A stretch of 64,000 nucleotides of DNA from Patescibacteria group bacterium. Its GTDB lineage: Bacteria > Patescibacteriota > WWE3 > UBA101185 > UBA10185. This document shows, piece by piece, positions 37,395-47,682 of this stretch. Positions within the stretch are counted from its first letter, which is position 1; every line of letters starts with the position of its first letter. The notes beneath the pieces were generated by a model. It saw only the letters and a program-made list of their open reading frames with translations, ran no database searches and had not been told where the DNA came from. A program made the position numbers and the translations under genes. The DNA lies in contig JBMORU010000001.1 of NCBI GenBank assembly GCA_049322215.1, forward strand, positions 836,023 through 900,022, given 5' to 3'.

Positions 37395-37805
37395 CTAGTA
37401 TTGATTTTTTACCTTAATACTTACAAACGATTCTGTGTCTTTTGCTTCAATTCTCAAATAAAACTCGTCTTTATTTTTTTCATAAAGTTTGTAATAAACA
37501 TCATCAGGAAGATCATCGCTAATATCGTCGGGGCCACCCCAGCCGCGACTTCTTAATTCTGCTTTATAATAGGCGCTTATTTCTTCTTCTGTGTCGTTAG
37601 TTAATAACTCAACTTTCATTTCTTCTAAATGATCTGACTTTTTCGTAGATGAATCTAGCACAACAGCATCGGCATATATGGGTAAATCCATTGTTATATA
37701 AGATCCGGGATATTTGTATCTATTATCTTGCACATATATTAAGGATATACTTAAGAATAAAAGAAAAACGATTAGAAAAATTATAAAAACTTTATTCCTA
37801 TTCAT
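37395..37805 (-). CDS. hypothetical membrane-anchored protein
   Basis: N-terminal TM helix; acidic soluble domain. Confidence 0.45.
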   Translation of the reverse strand: MNRNKVFIIFLIVFLLFLSISLIYVQDNRYKYPGSYITMDLPIYADAVVLDSSTKKSDHLEEMKVELLTNDTEEEISAYYKAELRSRGWGGPDDISDDLPDDVYYKLYEKNKDEFYLRIEAKDTESFVSIKVKNQY

Positions 37806-37817
37806 ATGTATATAATA

Positions 37818-38651
37818 TCAAAGACTATGGTAATAGTCCTTTGCAATTTTAGCGCTTATTTCGATATCGGGAGTTTCAACGCTTACCCAACCAGAAACGT
37901 CATTTTCCTTTAATACTTGTAGCAATGTTTTCCACTCAAATTCGGTTTCCTCTTTTAAGGTACGGTGTTTTATTTCACCTTTTTCAGAGTAAATAATACC
38001 GCTTATGTGAATATGTAAGTTTTTTAGTGCTGATACGCCCAAACTTCCACTTATTTTATTCAAAGTTTGCTGAAAACTTTTTTTCCCGTTTTCTTTTCCA
38101 TTTGTTCTAGCGTAATAGTGTGAAAAATCAACGCAAATAGAAGTTTGTTTATTAAACGCGGTTGAAACAGCTAAAATATCATCAACCGAACCAAACTGAG
38201 TTGGCTTTCCTGTAGTTTCAGGAGCTATAAGCACATCAAGGGTATCAGTGTAGTCTAGCTTTGAAATAACATCGCGTAAACCTGTCACTACTCTTGATGT
38301 TACAACTTCTGGTGAATCTCCGTGCGTAAAAGCAGGATGAAAAGTAATGCTTTTTGCCCCCAACTCGTGTCCTTTAATAATAGTGTTTATCACACGTTCA
38401 ATACTTGCTTCAAACTTACTTTTATCTAATGAATTAAAGTTTATCCAGTAAGGTCCGTGAACGGTTAGTGTTAAATCTAAATTTTGAGCTTTTTGCTTAA
38501 CCGCAGAAGCCAGTGCAGAGCTCATATTTACTCCATGTGTAAATAAAACTTCCATACCGTCTAAGCCATATTGCTTTATGTAATCTAAACCGGCCAATAT
38601 TCCCTTAGGTTTTGCAGGGGTCGGTATGCCAGGAGAATGAAATCTTAACAT
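37818..38651 (-). CDS. nfo: endonuclease IV (AP endonuclease, TIM barrel)
   Basis: HGPYWINFNS, SITFHP, LIAPETTGK, VCVDFSHYYA metal-binding motifs. Confidence 0.8.
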   Translation of the reverse strand: MLRFHSPGIPTPAKPKGILAGLDYIKQYGLDGMEVLFTHGVNMSSALASAVKQKAQNLDLTLTVHGPYWINFNSLDKSKFEASIERVINTIIKGHELGAKSITFHPAFTHGDSPEVVTSRVVTGLRDVISKLDYTDTLDVLIAPETTGKPTQFGSVDDILAVSTAFNKQTSICVDFSHYYARTNGKENGKKSFQQTLNKISGSLGVSALKNLHIHISGIIYSEKGEIKHRTLKEETEFEWKTLLQVLKENDVSGWVSVETPDIEISAKIAKDYYHSL

Positions 38652-38709
38652 TTACCGAGTGTAACACAGATGCCTTGACCATAAGTATTTACAAGGATAT
38701 TCTTTATGT

Positions 38710-40119
38710 ATGGATATACCTGTTCCTCCTATCGATTCTAATCAAATTCAAGCCAACAGCGAGCCTACAAATGCTGAAGCCCAAAGGCTCGAAAACAATC
38801 AACAGATAATACCCCAAACGCCACCACCTCAAAAACAAAAGGTTCAACAAAATGATCCTCAGGTACCTATTGCTCAAACTCCGCAAGTGCCTAGCGAAGT
38901 TAAAACTAGAAAACTGCAAACCGAAAAACTAAAAGAAATTTTTACAAATGAGTCAGTAGAACCAATTGGCTATATAAATACTGTACTGTCTGAAACTGTA
39001 AGGCTGTCTGCATCAGATATACTTTTTGAACCAAGACGTAATAATGTAGTAATTAGAGCAAGAATAGACGGTGTTTTATACGAATTAGGAATAGCAGATC
39101 ATGCCGTTTATGAGTTTTTAGTAGCACGTGTAAAAGTTTTAGCCTCTTTAGATACTGCCAATAAAATTAAAATTCAAGAGGGTCAATTTGTATTTGAAGT
39201 TGATGGAAGAGTAGTTAACATGCGTGTTGAAATTGTACAAACAGTACACGGCGAGATGATAGTAATTAGGGTACACGAACTAAGCACAATAGTAATGAAT
39301 CTTAAGCAATTGGGATTTAGCGATGAAGCTTATATATCATACCAACAAATGATAAAAAAACAGGCTGGACTCATTTTAGTTTGTGGCCCCACGGGATCAG
39401 GAAAAACGACTACACTTTATTCAACTATTAGTAAACTTAATGAGCACAGAGACTTTAACGTTATGACAATAGAAAATCCAGTAGAATTTCAACTCGATGG
39501 TGTAAACCAAATGCAGGCAAATGAAGATCACGGTTTTTCTTTTGCACAGGGTTTACACACCGTATTAAGACTAAGCCCTGATATAGTTTTTGTCGGTGAA
39601 ATCAGAGACCTTAACACTGCAAAAATTGCTGTAGAATCAGGATTAACAGGGCATTTGGTGTTTTCCACTATACACGCAAGCGATTCTGTTGGAACATTAT
39701 TTAGACTTATTGACTTGGGTATAGAAACGTATTTGCTTAATTCCGCATTATCTGGGGTAATTTCTCAAAGACTGGTTAGAATGAATTGCCCTAACTGTTT
39801 AGCACAATATCAGCCTACAGAAGAAGAACTAGATATATTTAGAAATGTTATTGGAAGAGATCCTCAAAATCTTTATAAAAGTACAGGCTGTGACAACTGC
39901 AACAATTTGGCATTTAAAGGGCGTGTAGGAATTTTTGAGGTTTTAACTGTAGACTCGTACATTAGAAATATTATGAGACAAGAATTTGGGGAAGACGAAA
40001 TTAGAAACTTACTAAGGCAAGAAGGACTAACAACGATTTTAAAAGATGGATTACTTAAAGCCGAAAAAGGAGTGACAACAATTCATGAGGTATTGAGAAA
40101 CAGCTTAAGAATTGATTAA
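38710..40119 (+). CDS. GspE/PilB-family type II/IV secretion ATPase with Pro/Gln-rich N-terminal extension
   Basis: Walker A LVCGPTGSGKTTT, Asp box, His box TGHLVFSTIHA, C-terminal tetra-Cys Zn motif. Confidence 0.9.
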   Translation: MDIPVPPIDSNQIQANSEPTNAEAQRLENNQQIIPQTPPPQKQKVQQNDPQVPIAQTPQVPSEVKTRKLQTEKLKEIFTNESVEPIGYINTVLSETVRLSASDILFEPRRNNVVIRARIDGVLYELGIADHAVYEFLVARVKVLASLDTANKIKIQEGQFVFEVDGRVVNMRVEIVQTVHGEMIVIRVHELSTIVMNLKQLGFSDEAYISYQQMIKKQAGLILVCGPTGSGKTTTLYSTISKLNEHRDFNVMTIENPVEFQLDGVNQMQANEDHGFSFAQGLHTVLRLSPDIVFVGEIRDLNTAKIAVESGLTGHLVFSTIHASDSVGTLFRLIDLGIETYLLNSALSGVISQRLVRMNCPNCLAQYQPTEEELDIFRNVIGRDPQNLYKSTGCDNCNNLAFKGRVGIFEVLTVDSYIRNIMRQEFGEDEIRNLLRQEGLTTILKDGLLKAEKGVTTIHEVLRNSLRID

Positions 40120-40127
40120 ATTACTAA

Positions 40128-40661
40128 ATGGACTCTCAAAGAATTTCTATAAGAAAAACTAAACTTGCAAAACGTATTACCTTAACGGTAAAAAGCTCGG
40201 GAAGAGTCTCTATTACAGCTCCAAAGTTAACATCCGATACATTCATATATGAATTTGTAGAAAGCAAAAGAGATTGGATAAACGAACAGCTTGAAAAATT
40301 TGAAAACGAGCCAGGCTCACTTTTACTTAAAGGAAATAAAGAAGACTATTTGCAATACAAAAATGAAGCTCGAAAAATTGTTATCGAAAGGCTTAACTAC
40401 TTTAATAGTTTTTACAATTATCACTACGAAAAAGTAACTATTAGAAACCAAACAACTTTGTGGGGAAGCTGTTCTGCAAAAAACAATTTGAATTTTAACT
40501 ACAAGATCGTGTTTTTACCAAAAGAACTTCAAGACTACATAATTGTGCACGAACTTTGTCATTTAAAGGAATTCAATCATTCTGCTGAATACTGGAAATT
40601 AGTTCAAAAAACTATGCCAAATTATAAAAATTTAAGAAAAGCACTTAAAAACCTAACATAA
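40128..40661 (+). CDS. YgjP/DUF45-family metal-dependent hydrolase (SprT-like HExxH)
   Basis: WGSCSAKNNLNFN...DYIIVHELCHLKEFNHS...MPNY. Confidence 0.8.
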   Translation: MDSQRISIRKTKLAKRITLTVKSSGRVSITAPKLTSDTFIYEFVESKRDWINEQLEKFENEPGSLLLKGNKEDYLQYKNEARKIVIERLNYFNSFYNYHYEKVTIRNQTTLWGSCSAKNNLNFNYKIVFLPKELQDYIIVHELCHLKEFNHSAEYWKLVQKTMPNYKNLRKALKNLT

Positions 40662-40679
40662 TAGTGCTAATATACGTTT

Positions 40680-41378
40680 ATGAAAAATAATCTTTTCGTA
40701 ATATTTGGAGGTTTAACTCTATTAATAATTACAGGTTTATTTATTTATTCCAATTATCTAGACAGAAAAGCAAGCAAAGAACAAGCCCAAAATAGAATTG
40801 AAGAAACAAGTCAAAATCCTGAAGAAGAAAGTTTATCAAGTATTTCAGGTTCAATAGCAGATCTTTTGCAAAGAGGAACGGCACTTACATGCACATATGA
40901 TTCAACAACCGAAGCTGGTAACACTTCAGGCATTGTATACATTGATGATTCCAAATTAAGGGCAGACTTTACAACTAAATCCAATGATGAGGTAGAAATT
41001 AGTAGTTCAATGTTATTAAAGGAACAGCAAGTGTATGCTTGGTCTGATTCAGAAGTATTTGGTGGAAAAAATGGAGTTACTTTTAAAGTAAATGAAGAAA
41101 ATTCAGATTTTGATTTTAATATGGAAGAGTATGAAAATACTAATCTTTTGGATTTTCAACAAGCTTTCGATTGGGACTGCAAACCAGGTATTGTAAAAGC
41201 CTCAGCATTCGAGCTTCCAGAAGGAATAGAATTCATGGAAATAGACCAAGGATTATTGATGGAACAAGAGATTTTGAAAAACTTGGAAGATGAAGATCTA
41301 GCAGAGATTTGTTCAGCATGTGATAATGCTCCTACCCAAGCTGCAATTGAGCAGTGTAAACAAACACTTGGGTGTTAA
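40680..41378 (+). CDS. hypothetical secreted/membrane-anchored protein with C-terminal Cys cluster
   Basis: N-terminal TM helix; four C-terminal Cys. Confidence 0.45.
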   Translation: MKNNLFVIFGGLTLLIITGLFIYSNYLDRKASKEQAQNRIEETSQNPEEESLSSISGSIADLLQRGTALTCTYDSTTEAGNTSGIVYIDDSKLRADFTTKSNDEVEISSSMLLKEQQVYAWSDSEVFGGKNGVTFKVNEENSDFDFNMEEYENTNLLDFQQAFDWDCKPGIVKASAFELPEGIEFMEIDQGLLMEQEILKNLEDEDLAEICSACDNAPTQAAIEQCKQTLGC

Positions 41379-41423
41379 TAAAAGTACAAAATTAATAAGC
41401 TATAAATTTTAGAAAGGTAAAGT

Positions 41424-42152
41424 ATGGATAAGAAATTCATATCGCTTGTATTAGTAATACTAATAGCAGGTGGAGGATATTTTGTATTTACAAATGTGCT
41501 CAATAATGACACACCGTCAGATTCAATGATGATAGAAGAGGAAGATGCAATGATGGAGGAATCAAAGGCAAATGAAGCAATGATGGAGGAAGAAGCTACA
41601 AGAATGGCAGATGAAACAGCTATGGAAAAACCTGAAACAGCCTTTTCATACACAATTTCAGAAGAATCTAATGCAGAGTATGTAGCTCAAAAAAGATTCC
41701 TTAATCAGGATGATGTAGAAGTTGTGGGAGTTACCGAAGATGTTACAGGCGAAGGCTGGATAGACTTTGAAACTCAAAACTTGTACTTAAAAGCTATGGT
41801 AGATTTATCAACACTAACAACTGACACACCAACAAGAGATAAAGACTTGCAGGGTAGATTCGATGACACAAATGCAACCATAGTATTAGTAGGAATCGAA
41901 GATGAAGTAACTCTAAATACTCCTTTTACTACAACAGCTACTGCTGAGGTAACTATTAATGGTGTAACAATGGAAAAGGATGTAACAATTGATGGTACTA
42001 TTACAGAAGATGACTTCACGGCAGAAGGGTCATTTACAGCATTAGTAAGTGATTTTGGAATGGAACCACCATCTCTATTAAACGTTTATACAGTTGATGA
42101 TGAAATAGAAGTTAGATTTAACGTTGTAGGTACAAGAACACTAGAAGAATAA
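41424..42152 (+). CDS. YceI-like domain protein (membrane anchored)
   Basis: Weak YceI pattern 'TPTRDKDLQGRF'. Confidence 0.4.
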   Translation: MDKKFISLVLVILIAGGGYFVFTNVLNNDTPSDSMMIEEEDAMMEESKANEAMMEEEATRMADETAMEKPETAFSYTISEESNAEYVAQKRFLNQDDVEVVGVTEDVTGEGWIDFETQNLYLKAMVDLSTLTTDTPTRDKDLQGRFDDTNATIVLVGIEDEVTLNTPFTTTATAEVTINGVTMEKDVTIDGTITEDDFTAEGSFTALVSDFGMEPPSLLNVYTVDDEIEVRFNVVGTRTLEE

Positions 42153-42174
42153 CTTACTATAACAATAGTTAATG

Positions 42175-42205
42175 AAAACCCCTGGCATTAGTCAGGGGTT
42201 TTTTG
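42175..42205 (+). terminator. Rho-independent terminator (CCCCTG-loop-CAGGGG, then a T-run)
   Basis: Read directly from sequence. Confidence 0.65.
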
Positions 42206-42281
42206 TGCATATTATTAATGACATTAATATGAACCTATAGTATAATATGCTCACAAATATCCACCTATAAGGAGTAGAGCA

Positions 42282-42656
42282 ATGTTAAAAAAACTGATTG
42301 CATGGTTGAGAAAAAACGGACTATGGCCAAATTATCGGTCAAAGCACTTTGAAATTCAACGATACACATCTTGGCAACGACTTGATGATCCAAGAGTGGT
42401 AAACGCCCCACGTTTGATGGTAGTACCTAAAACCGCAGGAGCAGCATATTTCATGGCAGTCAACGTTTTTGCAGAATATGTCAAAGTAGTATCAAGTCCT
42501 GTCACAGTAAATGGACACCGCACATATGCATTCCGTTACTACGACGTGCCTGATAACTACAAAGACCTGCCTAATATCCTGTTGCCTTATCTAGATTCCC
42601 AGCTGAAAGAGTTGGATTTTACCAATCTTAACTGGGAAGACCTTAAAAAAAGCTAA
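42282..42656 (+). CDS. hypothetical protein (124 aa), elevated GC
   Basis: ORF only. Confidence 0.4.
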   Translation: MLKKLIAWLRKNGLWPNYRSKHFEIQRYTSWQRLDDPRVVNAPRLMVVPKTAGAAYFMAVNVFAEYVKVVSSPVTVNGHRTYAFRYYDVPDNYKDLPNILLPYLDSQLKELDFTNLNWEDLKKS

Positions 42657-42703
42657 GCTAAAAGTAGATCAAGTTTGTAAACAAAACATACAAACTTGGT
42701 CTA

Positions 42704-44473
42704 CTATTTTTTTTGCAAATCACAAACCTGATACAAAGTAGACAACTCAAAACCTAACTTTTTATAGTAACCACGAGTTCCAATAGCAGAAATAACACCT
42801 ACTCTTCTAAAACCTTCTTCAGCAGAAATCTCTTTTGCCTTGGCTATTAATGCTTTACCTAAACCACTATGTTGCGCTTTTCCTGCTTTTGATTCTCCAA
42901 TATTTAAACTTTGCCCATATACATGAACTTCTCTAATTACAGTACAGTTTTTTAGTTCTGCAACAAATGTTGGTTTAGTTGGCACGGACAGTCTTAAAAA
43001 GGCAGCAATTTTATCTGTTTTAGTAATATATTCTAAAAAGTACTCTTTAGAAACAGAAGTTGAATAAGTTGTTACGCGCAGCTTTAAATCTTTAATACTT
43101 ACATTTTGGCGTTTAATCTCTCTAGATCTAATATCCTCCAATTTTATTTTATGTTTACTTAAATACTTTTCTGCAATCTGCCTAAAATTAGTCATTTTAT
43201 TTCCTGCCACTATATCTGTAGAAGGAATATCACGAATTACCCTAGTTAATCGGCAGTATCGTGGTGTTAAAGGAAGTGCATTTACCAACACATTCAAAAG
43301 TTCCTCATGTGTGTAAGGCTTCCAACTACCATCTTTATAGTATTTCATTAATTCCGCGCTTTCTATTAAAGAACAAGGATATATTTTAAGTTCATCAGGA
43401 CGAATAGAATTATCGGAAAACAACTTTTTAAAGTCCTCAATATCTTTTTCAGGAGAAGAACCATACAGGTTGGGCATCCAGTGAGCATGAATTTTAAACC
43501 CTGCCTGACGTAAAAGACACAACGCACGACGCGTTTTTGCTACATTGTGACCACGTTTATTTTTCTTTAAAACAGTATCGTCCATACTTTGAATTCCAAT
43601 TTGAACTTTAGTAGCACCCAAACGTCGAATTTTTAAAACTTCTGCTTTTGTAATTTCATCTGGACGAGTTTCTATAACTAAACCTACACAACGGCATTTT
43701 GCATCTACATTTTTTTCATGAACCTCAAATAATTCTTCCCAGGTAGAACTTTCATTCATAGCATCAATTCTTTTTGTCGCTAAAGCTTTGGAAACAATTT
43801 TGTTGTAACTATCTTTCAAATCAACCCCGTATACTTTTTCAAGCATAGATTCTTCAAATGGAAGTTCTTTATTTGGCGTTAGCATTTTTGTTGAGTTTGT
43901 TTCTCCAAAGTCATGCATAGCATCAAAACATCGCTTAATAAACCAAATCTGATAACTTTCCGGATAAAAAGACCATGTTCCGCCCAAAACTAACAGTTCA
44001 ACTTTATCTGTGGGATGCCCTGTGTTTCTAAATGCCATAAGTCGGTTAAAAGTTTGAAAATAGGGATCAAACTTATTCATTTCAGCACGTTGCGCGCCAG
44101 GCTCATCAGATAAATAACTTTTAGGCATTCTCACATCATTAGGGCAAAATATACATTTACCCGGGCAGGGAAAAGGTTTAGTTAGCACTGTTACAGGTGT
44201 AACGCCAGAAACCGTACGCACCTTTTTCATTCGGACATTTTTTAAAAAAGCTATTTCCTGACTTTCAGTTAGCTTTATTAACTTTTGTTTTTTTAGCTTT
44301 TTGTACGCAAGTAGCAACCCACTTTTAGATAGCATTTTTCCATCATCAATAGGGTATTTCTTAAAAACATTATATAAAGCACGATCGGTTGCAGTAGACA
44401 GGGTAGCAATTTCGTTAATAGCTCCAACCAAGTTCGACTTGTTACTTTTAATATCAACTCGATAATTCTGCAT
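42704..44473 (-). CDS. elp3: Elp3-family radical SAM/GNAT protein (bacterial Elongator protein 3 homolog)
   Basis: CPGKCIFCPND radical-SAM cysteine motif; C-terminal GNAT 'QHSGLGKALIAKAKEISAEEGFRRVGVIS'. Confidence 0.85.
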   Translation of the reverse strand: MQNYRVDIKSNKSNLVGAINEIATLSTATDRALYNVFKKYPIDDGKMLSKSGLLLAYKKLKKQKLIKLTESQEIAFLKNVRMKKVRTVSGVTPVTVLTKPFPCPGKCIFCPNDVRMPKSYLSDEPGAQRAEMNKFDPYFQTFNRLMAFRNTGHPTDKVELLVLGGTWSFYPESYQIWFIKRCFDAMHDFGETNSTKMLTPNKELPFEESMLEKVYGVDLKDSYNKIVSKALATKRIDAMNESSTWEELFEVHEKNVDAKCRCVGLVIETRPDEITKAEVLKIRRLGATKVQIGIQSMDDTVLKKNKRGHNVAKTRRALCLLRQAGFKIHAHWMPNLYGSSPEKDIEDFKKLFSDNSIRPDELKIYPCSLIESAELMKYYKDGSWKPYTHEELLNVLVNALPLTPRYCRLTRVIRDIPSTDIVAGNKMTNFRQIAEKYLSKHKIKLEDIRSREIKRQNVSIKDLKLRVTTYSTSVSKEYFLEYITKTDKIAAFLRLSVPTKPTFVAELKNCTVIREVHVYGQSLNIGESKAGKAQHSGLGKALIAKAKEISAEEGFRRVGVISAIGTRGYYKKLGFELSTLYQVCDLQKK

Positions 44474-44511
44474 ATTACATTTATTTAGGTATTTACATTA
44501 TAATTTATACC

Positions 44512-45219
44512 ATGGATAAACAAAACTTTGATAAAGTAATGCAACTAAATGCAGAATTCTATGAAACGGTAGGAGATGAATTTGATGGAACTAGACAAAA
44601 TCCCTGGGAAGGCTGGAAGCATGTGATGATGTCAATTCAACCGTTTTTGCGACATTCTACACAAATAAAGGTATTAGATTTAGGCTGTGGTAACGGGCGA
44701 TTTTTAAGTTATATAGAGCGTTTAGACTTACCAATTAAATATTTAGGAATAGATGCTTCTGAAAAATTACTAAGTAAAACCTTTAAATCTGCAAGAGCTG
44801 ACTTTGCTAAAGTTGAATTTATAAAAAATTTGTACGAGCTTCATGGCTTAGGAACATTTGATTTAATAGTTGCTTTTGGCGTCACCCACCACATACCCGA
44901 CAAAGTACACAGAAAAAGGTGGTTTTTAACTATAGCAAACTTAATTAATCAAGGAGGATTTTTAATTTTTTCAACCTGGAATTTTAGTATAGATAAAGCA
45001 GTAATGGGGCCTTTCGAAGAGGACTTTTTAGAAGAAAACGACTACTTGCTAGGTTGGGGAGATACTGGCGCTCTTAGATTTTGTCATTATTATACTGAGG
45101 AAGAAATAAATCAGTTAATTAAAGAACTTAAAGACACAGGTCTTCATTTACTCAAAACATTCGAAGCTGACGGTAGTACTAATCAAAAAAATAAATACTA
45201 CGTATTAAGAAAGGGTTAA
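44512..45219 (+). CDS. class I SAM-dependent methyltransferase
   Basis: Motif I VLDLGCGNGRF. Confidence 0.75.
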   Translation: MDKQNFDKVMQLNAEFYETVGDEFDGTRQNPWEGWKHVMMSIQPFLRHSTQIKVLDLGCGNGRFLSYIERLDLPIKYLGIDASEKLLSKTFKSARADFAKVEFIKNLYELHGLGTFDLIVAFGVTHHIPDKVHRKRWFLTIANLINQGGFLIFSTWNFSIDKAVMGPFEEDFLEENDYLLGWGDTGALRFCHYYTEEEINQLIKELKDTGLHLLKTFEADGSTNQKNKYYVLRKG

Positions 45220-45974
45220 GTGCTTAATGTGTTTAAGTTAAATAGACGCAAAAGTGTTATAGAAATAAATTCAACCTTATTTATAAGCATTAAAACTCCC
45301 ATTATTATTATAAAAACAGACGCCGCTTTATTCATAAAATAACCATACTTAGAAAATAATGAGAGTCTTGGAGCTAAGTACTCAAAGAAAATACCTATAA
45401 GTAAAAAGGGAACACCAATACCTAAACCATAAGTTAAAAGTAGTAACATTCCTTTCAAGGTAGTTCCTGCCTGGCTTGCCCAAAACAAAATTACAGCAAG
45501 AACAGGACCAATACAAGGTGTCCATGCAAAACCAAAGGTAATTCCAGTTAAAAAGGAATTTAACTTATGCCACTTTAAAAATTTGGTACTAAAGCTGAGT
45601 TTGTATTCTTTTTGAAAAAAACTAAACTTAAACTTGCCAAGCATAACTAAACCCATTACTACAAAAAAACCACCCCCTATTTTTTGAAACAAGTTTCTAT
45701 TTACGGCTAACGTATTTGCTACTTTACTGGCTGAGGCACCTAAAAGTACAAAAACAAAAATAAAGCCAAGCGTAAAAAACAAACTTATTAAAAATAGCTC
45801 TTTTTTGTAAAATCTTTTCTTTTCAGAAGAGGCTATATATATATCGCTAGTAGTAATACCCGACAAATAGGCTAAGTATGTTGGAACCAAAGGCAACAAG
45901 CAGGAGGCAAAAAAAGTAATTAAACCTCCTGCAAATGCAATAGCTAAGTTAACATTAGAGCCATCAAAAAGCAT
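45216..45974 (-). CDS. ccdA: cytochrome c biogenesis/thiol-disulfide transporter CcdA (DsbD core)
   Basis: Conserved Cys-containing TM helices (FASCLLPLVP, WTPCIGPVL). Confidence 0.85.
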   Translation of the reverse strand: MLFDGSNVNLAIAFAGGLITFFASCLLPLVPTYLAYLSGITTSDIYIASSEKKRFYKKELFLISLFFTLGFIFVFVLLGASASKVANTLAVNRNLFQKIGGGFFVVMGLVMLGKFKFSFFQKEYKLSFSTKFLKWHKLNSFLTGITFGFAWTPCIGPVLAVILFWASQAGTTLKGMLLLLTYGLGIGVPFLLIGIFFEYLAPRLSLFSKYGYFMNKAASVFIIIMGVLMLINKVEFISITLLRLFNLNTLST

Positions 45975-45977
45975 GAA

Positions 45978-46697
45978 TCACTTTAGCTGTTCGATAGCGG
46001 CCTGTAATTGAACAAAAGGTATAGCACCTGGAATTAGCAATGCTTCGCCTGTTTCTACATTCATTATTACGTTACCTGGTGTTCCAGTTACCCCGGCTTT
46101 AGATCCTGATAGTAACTGATTCGATACCAATTCTGCCATTTCTTCAGAATCTATACATGTTTGAACAGCATTTGAGTCTACACCTAATTCACCTGCAACA
46201 GAGGCTAGTGAATCAACAGTGGTTGTAGGATTTTCGAAAATATAGTCAACAAATGCCCAAAAAGCATCATCACCACCAACTTTAGCTACACATTCCGAAG
46301 CTTGAGCTTTAGCCGTTGCTCCCGGGTGAATAGATGCTAAAGGAAAGTGCCTGTAAACCCACATTAACTCTCCTTCATATTCTTCTACAGCTTGCTGTGC
46401 TGTGGTATGAAAAGTAGCACAATAAGGACACTCTAAATCTGACCATTCAATTAACGCTATTTTGGCATTACGATCACCTCTTATATGATCACTATCTGTA
46501 ACTGGGTCAACTTCACCTGGCTCTCTGTTATTATTTCTTGCCGTTGGTGCTGCCGCAGGGTTGTTTACCACACTTCCAGTATTGTTTTTAGATACTGCGT
46601 CTAATTTTGAAGTTAGTGTACCCACATAATAAGCGCCTCCAACTAGTAAAAGTAAAAGAAAAACTATAATTCCATTTTTTGCTTGCTGATCAGACAT
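45978..46697 (-). CDS. DsbA/BdbD-like thioredoxin-fold thiol-disulfide oxidoreductase (membrane anchored)
   Basis: N-terminal TM helix; DLECPYCATFH active site. Confidence 0.8.
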   Translation of the reverse strand: MSDQQAKNGIIVFLLLLLVGGAYYVGTLTSKLDAVSKNNTGSVVNNPAAAPTARNNNREPGEVDPVTDSDHIRGDRNAKIALIEWSDLECPYCATFHTTAQQAVEEYEGELMWVYRHFPLASIHPGATAKAQASECVAKVGGDDAFWAFVDYIFENPTTTVDSLASVAGELGVDSNAVQTCIDSEEMAELVSNQLLSGSKAGVTGTPGNVIMNVETGEALLIPGAIPFVQLQAAIEQLK

Positions 46698-46913
46698 ATT
46701 ACTCCTATAAATTATTTAAAAGCCCTAAGTTAATAAGGATAAACGCCATTATCATACCTTTGCTAACAAAAAAACCACTTTCACCATGTAAGGCGTTTCC
46801 ATAAAAGTATATTAGGCATATAGAGTCCTGGCAATAGTAACGGTATTGTAAATAAAGTAAACACCAGAACTTAGTTAACTACTAATGTAAAGTAAGTCCT
46901 GGTGTTAAAGGGA

Positions 46914-47192
46914 TTAAACGGCAGGTTCGGCGGGCACCAACGCTTTATCACTAACCAATACATGAAGTGTTCCTTTTGGCTGGTTGTGTGCATGCACAAC
47001 GCCAACTGGAGTACTAGCAGTATTTAGAAAAACTTGCGCACCATTAGCTATAGTACCTGAAACAAAAAGATCCATAGTAGATACTATTTCGGCCTCAGCT
47101 TCACCTGCCAAATGTGGTGCTGTTACAAAGAAAATAACTGTATACCTAATCCAATCCTGCTTTAGCCTTGCTTTATCTGTATAAAGTCTCAT
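46914..47192 (-). CDS. hypothetical protein in GC-rich island
   Basis: ORF with ~50% GC, strongly contrasting with the flanks. Confidence 0.4.
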   Translation of the reverse strand: MRLYTDKARLKQDWIRYTVIFFVTAPHLAGEAEAEIVSTMDLFVSGTIANGAQVFLNTASTPVGVVHAHNQPKGTLHVLVSDKALVPAEPAV

Positions 47193-47352
47193 ATGGTCTC
47201 CTTTTTTTATTTTGTTAAGCGGAAATTATAAACTTTGTAAGGTAAGTATACAACCTATAGAGAAGAATGGGTAAAAATAGGCAAAAAAATATGGCTAAAG
47301 TTTACGAGGATTTTTTTGTTTCCTGTAAACTCTAGCCATTGGTGCGTGATGG

Positions 47353-47682
47353 TTAAGCAGTGCGAACGCGAATACCTGAACGCTCGAGACGATTCTTCAT
47401 GCCGGCGAGAGCGTCAGCGAGTGGATTTGGTTTCTCCACAGGGGGTAACTTGACCGGATCGATGAGGCGGATTTCGGCGGCTTCGTGATCGATATACGAC
47501 ACATAGCCAACGTCAAACTTGCCTCCCGCTTCATAAAAGGTTACTCGGTCGAACAAACGTAACCCATTGAGTGCTTTCCAGTTGACCAGAGCCTCAAACG
47601 TAGCCAGCAGGTCTTTTTCCTCGTTGTTACCACCGCGGCGTTCAAATACTTTGAGAGTAACTGGGCGCATACCTTTCTGCAC
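47353..47682 (-). CDS. hypothetical protein in GC-rich island
   Basis: ORF with ~50% GC; the probable true start is the internal ATG (MRPVTL...), preceded by a tiny uORF with a strong RBS. Confidence 0.4.
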   Translation of the reverse strand: MQKGMRPVTLKVFERRGGNNEEKDLLATFEALVNWKALNGLRLFDRVTFYEAGGKFDVGYVSYIDHEAAEIRLIDPVKLPPVEKPNPLADALAGMKNRLERSGIRVRTA

